24,000 nt of DNA from Candidatus Methylomirabilota bacterium (lineage in GTDB: Archaea; Thermoproteota; Bathyarchaeia; 40CM-2-53-6), in NCBI GenBank assembly GCA_035524675.1, contig DATKOK010000073.1:1-24000 (forward strand). The letters are read 5' to 3'. Positions within the stretch are counted from its first letter, which is position 1; every line of letters begins with the position of its first letter. The notes under the pieces are model-generated. The model was not told where the DNA came from. It did not search any database and saw only the letters and a program-made list of their open reading frames with translations. Shown here one piece after another: positions 16,378-23,202 of this stretch. Both the position numbers and the translations under genes were made by a program.

Positions 16378-18260
16378 GATTTCAGCTCTGCTGGTCGAGT
16401 CTTTTCCAACTCTTGGATTAAAGCCGGAACTACCTTGAAGAGGTCGCCGACGACGCCGAAGTCAGCCATCTTGAAAATTGGCGCGTTTGCATCGCGGTTT
16501 ATCGCGGCGATGTAATCTACATTCATTATGCCGACGATGTGTTGTATGGCGCCTGATATGCCTGCTGCAATGTAGATTCTAGGCCTAACGGTTACTCCCG
16601 TCTGACCTACTTGATGGTCGTAGCTGATCCAGCCTGCTCGCACTGCAGCCCGTGATGCGCCCACTTGGCCATGCAGCGCTTTCGCGAGTTCTTCAATCAG
16701 ACCGAAATTACTTGCCGCTCCTAGTCCCCTCCCGCCTGAGACAATGACTTGAGCGTCCTCAAGTCTTACTCCCACCTTTTCGATGGGAACGAAGTCTAGG
16801 ACTTCTGTGTTGAAATCCTCGGGAGTCAGCGACACGTCGACTTTGATTACTTCGCCGCTTCTCGCCGGGTCAGGGGTAAGACTCTTCATGACACGTGGAC
16901 GCACGCTCACCATGGTGGGTCTATGCTTCGGGCAGATTATAGTGGACATGAGGTTCCCACCATAGTCCGGTCTGGTTCCCATGAAGGTGCCAGTTTCAAT
17001 GTCGACGTCGAGAGCCGTGCAGTCGGCAATCAGCCCAGTTCCGATGAGTGTTGCGGCTGATCCTGCCAGGTCCCTTCCTCTAATCGTTCCACCTAGCAAG
17101 AGTGCTTCAGGCTTGAATTCCCTAACGGCCTGAGTGAGTGCGATAGCGTATGGTTGAGTGCGATACTCCTCCAGTCCGGCGTCTTCTACGAGGTAGACCT
17201 TATCCGCCCCATGAGCGAACGCGTCTTTGGTGAGGTGTGAGACGTTGTTGCCAATCGCAACCGCGGCCAATCTAGTGCCATATGTCTTCGCCAGACGTTT
17301 TCCTTCTCCTAACAGTTCCCATGAGACTTGACCAACCTTCCCATGGAGGTGCTCTATCCACACCCAAACGTCTCCGAAACGCGAGGAATTTTCAGAGTAC
17401 GCCGGTTCCGAAGTCTCCGCTTCTTTCCCATCAGTTCTTGCTGGGGCGAATGCGCCTACAGTTATTAGTTTGTGAAGTAGCCATTTTGCTGCTTGGTGAG
17501 CATCGTCACTGCCATTGAAGAGTTCGCCTTGTTTCCTGCCCGGCGGTGGGAACACCTTCTTTACGATAGTCGGGGACCCCTTCAGTCCTAGCTTGTTTGA
17601 TTCCGCGCCTATCGTGTTCTTATCCCAAACCTCGATCTTGGTTCGCTTTGCCTTCAGCATCCCATCGATCGTATACTTTCGCGGTTTGTTTGCCACTTCA
17701 GTAATAGTAAGAACCGCCGGAAGCTTCGCCTTTACCGTCTCGACTCCATCGTCAAATCGATGTTTCGCAACGATGGTTCTGAGGTCCGGATCGACGGTGA
17801 CAATTTCAGTCACGTTCGAGATTATGGGAATGCCAAATCTGACTGCCAATCCAGGCGGAACTTGCCCAGTCTCTCCATCAATCGCAACCCTGCCCGTCAA
17901 GATCAAGTCAAACGGCTTCCTCTCCGCAACCGTTGTTAACGTCCGCCACAGAGTGTATGACGTGGCAAGAGTGTCCGCGCCAGCCATCTCCCTATCCGAG
18001 ACCATAAACGCGTCATCAGCACCCATCGCGAGTGCTTCACGTAATCCCTCCTGGGCTTGAAGCGGCCCCATCGATACCGCGCTTACAGTTCCGCCATGCT
18101 TCTCCTTGATTCGAATTCCCTCTTCTACTGCGTTGAGGCAGCAAGGGTTGACGATAGAGGGAACCCCTTCCCTAATCAGGTTCAGCGTTATGGGGTCGAA
18201 TCGGATGTCTGTAGCGTCCGGGACATGCTTCACGCAAACCACTGTGTGCAACTGATTCAA
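16374..18260 (-). CDS. etfBA: Fused electron-transfer flavoprotein: EtfB (FixA)-like N-terminal half plus EtfA (FixB)-like C-terminal half in one 628-aa ORF
   Basis: Residues ~1-270 look like EtfB: VVCVKHVPD and AIDGETGQVPPGLA. Residues ~297-628 look like EtfA: VWVWIEH.., GGRGL, and PRIYIAAGISGAIQHIVGI..IAAINRDANAPIF. A low-complexity linker (PARTDGKEAETSEPAYSENSS) joins them. The frame is continuous with no internal stop. The start is TTG 18260 or the nearby in-frame TTG/GTG. Confidence 0.9.
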   Translation of the reverse strand: MNQLHTVVCVKHVPDATDIRFDPITLNLIREGVPSIVNPCCLNAVEEGIRIKEKHGGTVSAVSMGPLQAQEGLREALAMGADDAFMVSDREMAGADTLATSYTLWRTLTTVAERKPFDLILTGRVAIDGETGQVPPGLAVRFGIPIISNVTEIVTVDPDLRTIVAKHRFDDGVETVKAKLPAVLTITEVANKPRKYTIDGMLKAKRTKIEVWDKNTIGAESNKLGLKGSPTIVKKVFPPPGRKQGELFNGSDDAHQAAKWLLHKLITVGAFAPARTDGKEAETSEPAYSENSSRFGDVWVWIEHLHGKVGQVSWELLGEGKRLAKTYGTRLAAVAIGNNVSHLTKDAFAHGADKVYLVEDAGLEEYRTQPYAIALTQAVREFKPEALLLGGTIRGRDLAGSAATLIGTGLIADCTALDVDIETGTFMGTRPDYGGNLMSTIICPKHRPTMVSVRPRVMKSLTPDPARSGEVIKVDVSLTPEDFNTEVLDFVPIEKVGVRLEDAQVIVSGGRGLGAASNFGLIEELAKALHGQVGASRAAVRAGWISYDHQVGQTGVTVRPRIYIAAGISGAIQHIVGIMNVDYIAAINRDANAPIFKMADFGVVGDLFKVVPALIQELEKTRPAELKS

Positions 18261-18502
18261 CCCTTGGCCAATTCAATCTCCATGTAACGGTGAACATCCT
18301 CAGGAGAGGCCGGACATGGACTAGCCTTTTAGCGTTACCCGCAATAAATCGCGTGAAATATAGAGTCTACCATGAGTACCAATCGCTGGTGAACTGCATT
18401 TTCTATGGGCACTGCGAATTACAAGGCTCAGGGCCAGGTCCACCCTGCTGTTTCCAAGTCCATAAACCAGGGAACAATCGAACACCGAGACAGCCATAGT
18501 TG

Positions 18503-18521
18503 TTCAAATCAGTGATTTGAA
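18503..18521. repeat. 19-bp perfect palindrome TTCAAATCA-G-TGATTTGAA (candidate dimeric regulator site)
   Basis: I read this directly. The 9-nt arms are exact reverse complements around a single central G. It lies ~245 bp upstream of etfBA in a 397-bp gene-free spacer. Its function is unknown. Confidence 0.5.
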
Positions 18522-18635
18522 AGTGACACAGGTAAGTAGTGTTAATTGAATTAGGTGGTGCTAAACAGTTACAGAGACCGTCAGACTAATCCTGATTAGA
18601 CTACTCGATAGCGATTTCTACTGAACAGATAGTCC

Positions 18636-18642
18636 AAAATAA
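18636..18642 (-). terminator. Oligo-T tract (TTATTTT on the minus strand) just downstream of rps17e
   Basis: It lies 16-22 nt after the rps17e stop. Archaeal termination commonly uses T-rich tracts. This rests on position and composition only. Confidence 0.3.
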
Positions 18643-18657
18643 GCTGAAATGTAGAGT

Positions 18658-18912
18658 CTATTCTTCGACTTCTTCGGGAGCGGGTTCAGAGCCTTCTGCA
18701 GCTACCTGCGTCGCTGCGATTCTCTCTGCTTCGACGACTTTTAGTCTCGTGACGTAGCCTGCTATTCTATTGCGGAGCCGTTTAGATTGTGTTATCACGA
18801 GGTCGTTTACTGCTTGTTTGTCTGATTCAAAGTCGCCTGTAAACCGTTCAGGGTACCGTCTGATGAGTTCACGCGATGTGCGTTTCACGGTGTCCGTTCG
18901 TACTTTGCCCAA
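18658..18912 (-). CDS. rps17e: 30S ribosomal protein S17e
   Basis: GKVRTDTVKRTSRELIRRYPERFTGDFESDKQAV...SKRLRNRIAGYVTRL is the S17e signature. I prefer TTG 18912, which gives MGKVRT. The tracked 18948 start adds 12 non-conserved residues. The acidic C-terminal tail is AAEGSEPAPEEVEE. Confidence 0.85.
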   Translation of the reverse strand: MGKVRTDTVKRTSRELIRRYPERFTGDFESDKQAVNDLVITQSKRLRNRIAGYVTRLKVVEAERIAATQVAAEGSEPAPEEVEE

Positions 18913-18990
18913 ATCTAACCGCTCTATTTCGAAGTACAGCATGAGCAAGTTAGTTTCAACATAAACTTTGCTAACTACCCGAAACGGGGC

Positions 18991-19683
18991 CTAGACGGCG
19001 CTGGGGTCTATTGTACCGGTACTATCCTGCGCTCTGCCTCGGATAGTCCGCTTAAGTCGAACCACTACGACTACGATGAACAGAACGCTGAGTAGTACTG
19101 CAAAGAGTATGTAGATTTGATCTGTTGAGAGGGGAAATCCACTTTCTGTAATCGAGTACGTCGTGAGAGTGGAAGTTGCAGATGTCTGTGTGGTTGTACT
19201 CGATGCCCGTGTCGAAATTGTAGTCGTATTTGTTACTGCGCCTGGCTGAACCTGAACGGTAAGAGCCGATGAGGTAGACGCATAAACCTTGCCACTAGAC
19301 TGCGCGATTACGTATACGTTAACTAGAAGGTTTAGGTCGCCCTTTTTCTGAGGTGCCATGAAGATATTCGTAACATTCGTTTGCGTATGTGCGTATGATG
19401 CGTACACGTACTGAGTGGAATTTGTCGAGGCTATATTGTATTCGGTATTCGAAATGTCAACTCTCACTTTCCAAACATTCTCGTAACTCGGGCCACATAT
19501 GAACGTGACCTGCGACGTAATGTAGACTGTTTGTCCTGCAATAGCGGTCTGTGGATAGAAGCCAACTGCAGAGATGGAGCAAGGACTTTGAGCGCATACG
19601 ACAGCGGTACCAGTAGTAGTTAAGAGCATAATGAAGAGCGCAGTCATAGCGCACTGCGATTCTCGCAAAATCCACACGAACAA
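18991..19683 (-). CDS. Predicted secreted, C-terminally membrane-anchored surface protein with an S/T-rich stalk (function unknown)
   Basis: The N-terminal hydrophobic signal-like segment is TALFIMLLTTTGTAVVCAQS. It is followed by a ~130-aa beta-rich domain and then a Thr/Ser-rich stretch (TNTTTISTRASSTTTQTSATSTLTT). A TM helix (IYILFAVLLSVLFIVVVVV) and a basic cytoplasmic tail complete it. The start is ambiguous: TTG 19683, GTG 19677 or ATG 19647. Confidence 0.5.
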   Translation of the reverse strand: MFVWILRESQCAMTALFIMLLTTTGTAVVCAQSPCSISAVGFYPQTAIAGQTVYITSQVTFICGPSYENVWKVRVDISNTEYNIASTNSTQYVYASYAHTQTNVTNIFMAPQKKGDLNLLVNVYVIAQSSGKVYASTSSALTVQVQPGAVTNTTTISTRASSTTTQTSATSTLTTYSITESGFPLSTDQIYILFAVLLSVLFIVVVVVRLKRTIRGRAQDSTGTIDPSAV

Positions 19684-19734
19684 TTGTCGATGTGTGAGTA
19701 TACGGATAAAATGGTTTGCATAACCACAACCTTT

Positions 19735-20523
19735 CTATCGCTCAAGTGAAATGAATGAATTGAAATTTCTCCAAACGATCTCCTTAATATCTTCAACAGT
19801 CGCATGCTTGGTTTCAGACAATTTCTTTACCACATCAACGATGAATGACGGGCGAGTCGGTCTGTTCTTGAATGGGCCGTAGTAGCTTACGGGACCGTCG
19901 GTTTCAGTGAGCATGATCGATACGTCAGCTTCGCGAGCGACTTCTGCAATTCTCTTGGAATAGAGAATTGATGGGCCTACACTGATGAAGTATCCTCTAT
20001 CCTTGAACAGGTGAAGGTTTTCTGACGGTCCGGAGTACCAGTGGAGTAGGACTTTCGCTGGCTTGAATGACGGGAGGATCTCCAATATCTCGTTGATCGC
20101 GAGCCTTGAATGGATCACAACCGGCAGTGACCGTCGCTCTGCAAGGGAGAGAAAGTGTTGAAAAATCTCCTTCTGCCGTCGCTTCTTCTCATCATCTGAT
20201 GCGTAATGCCCGTCAAGGCCAATCTCCCCAATCGCCCTTATGTGTTTCTGGTTTTCGTTTATGAGCGAATCAAATTTACTCAAATCCAACTCGACATTCG
20301 AGTTCATGACGGTCCAAGGATGGATCCCCACCGCTGCAATCACTCTGTCAAATCGCATTGACAGCTCGACTGTGCGAAGGGATGACTCATAATCCATACT
20401 ATTGCTGAGAAGGTAAGCTACCCCGCTGGCTGCGGCATCATCCAGCACCGGAGCAACTTGATCATATGCGGGATCCGCAAGGTGAATGTGTGCATCTATG
20501 TAGCTCAAATCGTATCCCATCAT
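19735..20523 (-). CDS. tatD: TatD-family metal-dependent hydrolase/DNase
   Basis: YIDAHIHL supplies the HxH metal ligands. Other family motifs are GEIGLD, VVIHSR, LLHWYSG and TETDGP. Confidence 0.85.
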   Translation of the reverse strand: MMGYDLSYIDAHIHLADPAYDQVAPVLDDAAASGVAYLLSNSMDYESSLRTVELSMRFDRVIAAVGIHPWTVMNSNVELDLSKFDSLINENQKHIRAIGEIGLDGHYASDDEKKRRQKEIFQHFLSLAERRSLPVVIHSRLAINEILEILPSFKPAKVLLHWYSGPSENLHLFKDRGYFISVGPSILYSKRIAEVAREADVSIMLTETDGPVSYYGPFKNRPTRPSFIVDVVKKLSETKHATVEDIKEIVWRNFNSFISLER

Positions 20524-20624
20524 ATGATCATCATTATCCGCTCAATTCTCTTTTCAATTAAGCTATTCTAGACTAACTCAGACTTTATTTCCTGAGGAGC
20601 TGAGTCTGCCACTGCTGAGCAATA

Positions 20625-21875
20625 TTGGAAGTACAGATTGGTCAAACAGTCGTCGAACGTTTTCTAAGATACGTGAAGTACGACACACAGTCTGCGGATA
20701 ATGCGACGACCTATCCCAGCACACAGAAACAGAAAGATCTGGGGAGACAGTTGGTCAAGGAGCTGAGCGAGATGGGTCTGAATGATGCGTCAATTGATGA
20801 GTTTGGTTACGTTACGGCAAGCTTACCGGCGAATGTTCAACGAAGTATCCCTACGATAGGATTCATCGCTCACATGGACACTTCACCAGAAGTATCCGGG
20901 AAAGACGTCAACCCACAAATTCATGAGAACTATTCCGGAAATGACATAATTCTCCCTGGCGACAATACGCAAGTCCTTCGTGCTTCAGAGAACTCGGACC
21001 TTGCGAAGAAGATAGGTGACGGGTTAATTACGTCGGACGGAACGACCCTGCTAGGTGCAGATGACAAAGCAGGCGTAGCAGAGATCGTTGACGCAATGCA
21101 CTACCTCGCACATCACCCTGAAATTGAACACGGAATGATCAAAGTCGCCTTTACACCTGACGAGGAGGTAGGTGCAGGGGTAGATCATTTCAACGCGCAA
21201 AGGTTCGATGCTAAGTACGCTTACACTCTAGACGGAGAAACTCTCGGTGAAGTTGAAAACGAAACCTTCTCCGCAGACTCTCTCACGATAACGTTTCGAG
21301 GAGTGCCCTTTCATCCAGGGTACGCGCGGGGACGATTGGTTAACTCCATCAAGGTTGCATCCGCATTTGTGGACAAGCTTCCTAAAGACGGGAACTCGCC
21401 TGAAACTACTGATCGAATGGAAGGATTCGTGCACCCAAACGTCATCCAAGGTGGAGTGGAAAATACGAGCGTCAAATTCATCATCAGAGATTTCGAAGAT
21501 GGCGGACTCAGGAGGAAGGAAGAAGCCCTGAGGGCTCTGGCGGACGAGACTGTTCGAGGCTTTCCAAATTCAAGCTTCACTTTCAAAGTTGACGAGTCCT
21601 ACCGAAACATGCGACACATTCTTGACAAGTATCCACAGGTCGTGGAGAAGGCAATGGATGCTGTGAGAAAGGCCGGGTTGCAACCTAAACTTCACAGTAT
21701 CCGCGGAGGGACAGACGGGGCAAGATTATGCTACATGGGGCTTCCTACACCCAACCTAGCAACCGGCGGACATAACTTCCATTCAAGAGTCGAATGGATC
21801 TCGATTCAGGATATGAAGAAGGCAGTGGAAATAATCGTGAACTTAGTCAAGCTATGGTCGATAGTTACTGCATGA
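20625..21875 (+). CDS. pepT: Peptidase T (M20B tripeptide aminopeptidase)
   Basis: Family motifs: RFLRYVKYDTQS, GFIAHMDTSPE, LLGADDKAGVAEI, FTPDEEVG, GGTDGA and GGHNFHS. The start is TTG. Confidence 0.9.
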   Translation: MEVQIGQTVVERFLRYVKYDTQSADNATTYPSTQKQKDLGRQLVKELSEMGLNDASIDEFGYVTASLPANVQRSIPTIGFIAHMDTSPEVSGKDVNPQIHENYSGNDIILPGDNTQVLRASENSDLAKKIGDGLITSDGTTLLGADDKAGVAEIVDAMHYLAHHPEIEHGMIKVAFTPDEEVGAGVDHFNAQRFDAKYAYTLDGETLGEVENETFSADSLTITFRGVPFHPGYARGRLVNSIKVASAFVDKLPKDGNSPETTDRMEGFVHPNVIQGGVENTSVKFIIRDFEDGGLRRKEEALRALADETVRGFPNSSFTFKVDESYRNMRHILDKYPQVVEKAMDAVRKAGLQPKLHSIRGGTDGARLCYMGLPTPNLATGGHNFHSRVEWISIQDMKKAVEIIVNLVKLWSIVTA

Positions 21876-21880
21876 AAACG

Positions 21881-22300
21881 TCAGGCTTCACTGTGCCGGA
21901 TAGCGTTACCGTGCTGACATTGATTAGGTCGGTTGAGCGCCTTACACATTTCAGCGACGAGGTCAGGATCGAGTAAGTAATCAATTTTCGAGGCTTCTGC
22001 ACAAGAGCGTTTGGAATCAAATCCAAGTTTCGTGTTAAAGTAAGATTCAACGATTCTGTGTTGATGCATTATTGACTCGGCGACGACGACGCCTCTTTTT
22101 GTCAATACTGGTGCCTTCCATGGTTTCTTTGCTACGAGATGTTTTTGTTCGAGCTTATCTAAGATTTCAATCGTTGTAGGCAGCCTCACGTCGAATCTCT
22201 TAGCCAACGTGGAGACTGAAGCGGAGTCGTTTGATTCGCTGAGACGGTACATTGCTTGCAAATACGCTACTTCGGACCTGCTTAATTCAGGGAGCTTCAG
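21881..22300 (-). CDS. DtxR/MntR-family metal-dependent transcriptional regulator (short form, no SH3-like domain), apparent CTG start
   Basis: LSRSEVAYLQAMYRL matches helix 1 of DtxR/MntR, followed by the wHTH VSTLAKRFDVRLPTTIEILDKLEQKHLV. The dimerisation/metal region includes HQHRIVESYF and CQHGNAI. The first canonical start (TTG 22261) falls inside helix 1. CTG 22300 has a perfect GGAGGT 8 nt upstream. Confidence 0.75.
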   Translation of the reverse strand: MKLPELSRSEVAYLQAMYRLSESNDSASVSTLAKRFDVRLPTTIEILDKLEQKHLVAKKPWKAPVLTKRGVVVAESIMHQHRIVESYFNTKLGFDSKRSCAEASKIDYLLDPDLVAEMCKALNRPNQCQHGNAIRHSEA

Positions 22301-22350
22301 ATCACCAGACCTCCAATAGTGTCGAGCGATTGATTTTCATGGTTGCCAAT

Positions 22351-23202
22351 TCACCTGGAATGTGATCCAATCCACTTTGCCACCATCGTAGTGAGAAGTA
22401 ATCCTAGCCCGACCAGCACAATTGTTCCGCCGGGCGCAGCGTGAGGTTGGATTATAGAGACAAGCATCCCCACGATCACCGACAATGATCCGAAGATGGG
22501 TGAGAGTAAGACAGTTTGCTTGAAGGACCGGGCGATTTGCATACTGGTTAACGCCGGAAGCACGAGGAGTGCCGATATGAGCAGGATGCCTACTATTGGG
22601 ATTGAAACGATAACTGTTATTCCGGCGAGTAACGCCAGCAAATAATCAAACCTGCAGGTTACTATCCCTGAAGCTCTAGCCTGGACCTCATCGAAGATCG
22701 TGTAGAGTAATTGCTTGTAAAATGTGAATAATATCAGTACTGTCACTACCAGAACGAACGCGGCGGCGTAGATCTGGTTCCATGTGACAAGCAAGATACT
22801 TCCAAAGAGCAATGCGTCCAGATTGAAACCGTAATTCAGCGTGACGCTCGTAACAAAAATCCCTGTGGCCAGCCCAAGTTCTAGAAAAACTGCCACTGCC
22901 GCGTCGCCGCTGAACCTTGCGGAACGAATAGTCTTCGTGATCATTATGGACCCAAGCACAACTATCGCGCCCCCAATCAAGTATGGGTTGACTCCTGACA
23001 AGCTAGGGATTAGTGCTCCGATGGCAAGTCCTATTGCGATTCCTCCGTAGGCAGTGTGTGCGAGGCCGTCGCCGATGAGGGACAACCTCTTGAGCACAAT
23101 GTACACGCTTAAGATCGAGCTTAGGACTGCTACGATTATTCCTATGATGAAGGCGCGCTGGATGAACCCAGCGTTGAGATATGTGAGGATCGGATTAAGG
23201 AT
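22351..23202 (-). CDS. ABC-3 family metal (Zn/Mn/Fe-type) importer permease, apparent ATC start
   Basis: RLSLIGDGLAHTAYGGIAIG is the family signature, and the protein is polytopic. The in-frame sequence upstream of the tracked GTG 23106 reads LTYLNAGFIQRAFIIGIIVAVLSSILSV, which is the conserved first TM helix. There is no ATG/GTG/TTG between the stop at 23218-23220 and 23106. ATC 23202 or ATC 23190 are the candidate starts. Confidence 0.85.
   Translation of the reverse strand: MLNPILTYLNAGFIQRAFIIGIIVAVLSSILSVYIVLKRLSLIGDGLAHTAYGGIAIGLAIGALIPSLSGVNPYLIGGAIVVLGSIMITKTIRSARFSGDAAVAVFLELGLATGIFVTSVTLNYGFNLDALLFGSILLVTWNQIYAAAFVLVVTVLILFTFYKQLLYTIFDEVQARASGIVTCRFDYLLALLAGITVIVSIPIVGILLISALLVLPALTSMQIARSFKQTVLLSPIFGSLSVIVGMLVSIIQPHAAPGGTIVLVGLGLLLTTMVAKWIGSHSR

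Noticed and set aside
15653-18060. Plus-strand ORFs 15653..16069, 16153..16515 and 17515..18060 antisense to fixC/etfBA
   Set aside because: They have the Ser/Pro/Thr-rich composition typical of the antisense of GC-balanced coding sequence. The minus-strand genes have unambiguous family signatures.
18290-18499. 69-aa plus-strand ORF in the rps17e-etfBA spacer
   Set aside because: Its composition is implausible (Pro/Gly/Cys/Arg-rich), and it is opposite in orientation to both flanking genes with no SD or TATA context. I treated the region as non-coding.
18502-18510. GTTCAAATC resembling a tRNA T-arm/T-loop
   Set aside because: Flanking sequence does not form the 5-bp T-stem, acceptor or anticodon arms. 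The motif is simply the left arm of the 19-bp palindrome.
20560-20600. Inverted repeat CAGACT...AGTCTG in the tatD-pepT divergent spacer as a regulatory hairpin
   Set aside because: It has only a 6-bp stem with a ~19-nt loop and no extension, which is within chance expectation for a 100-bp spacer.
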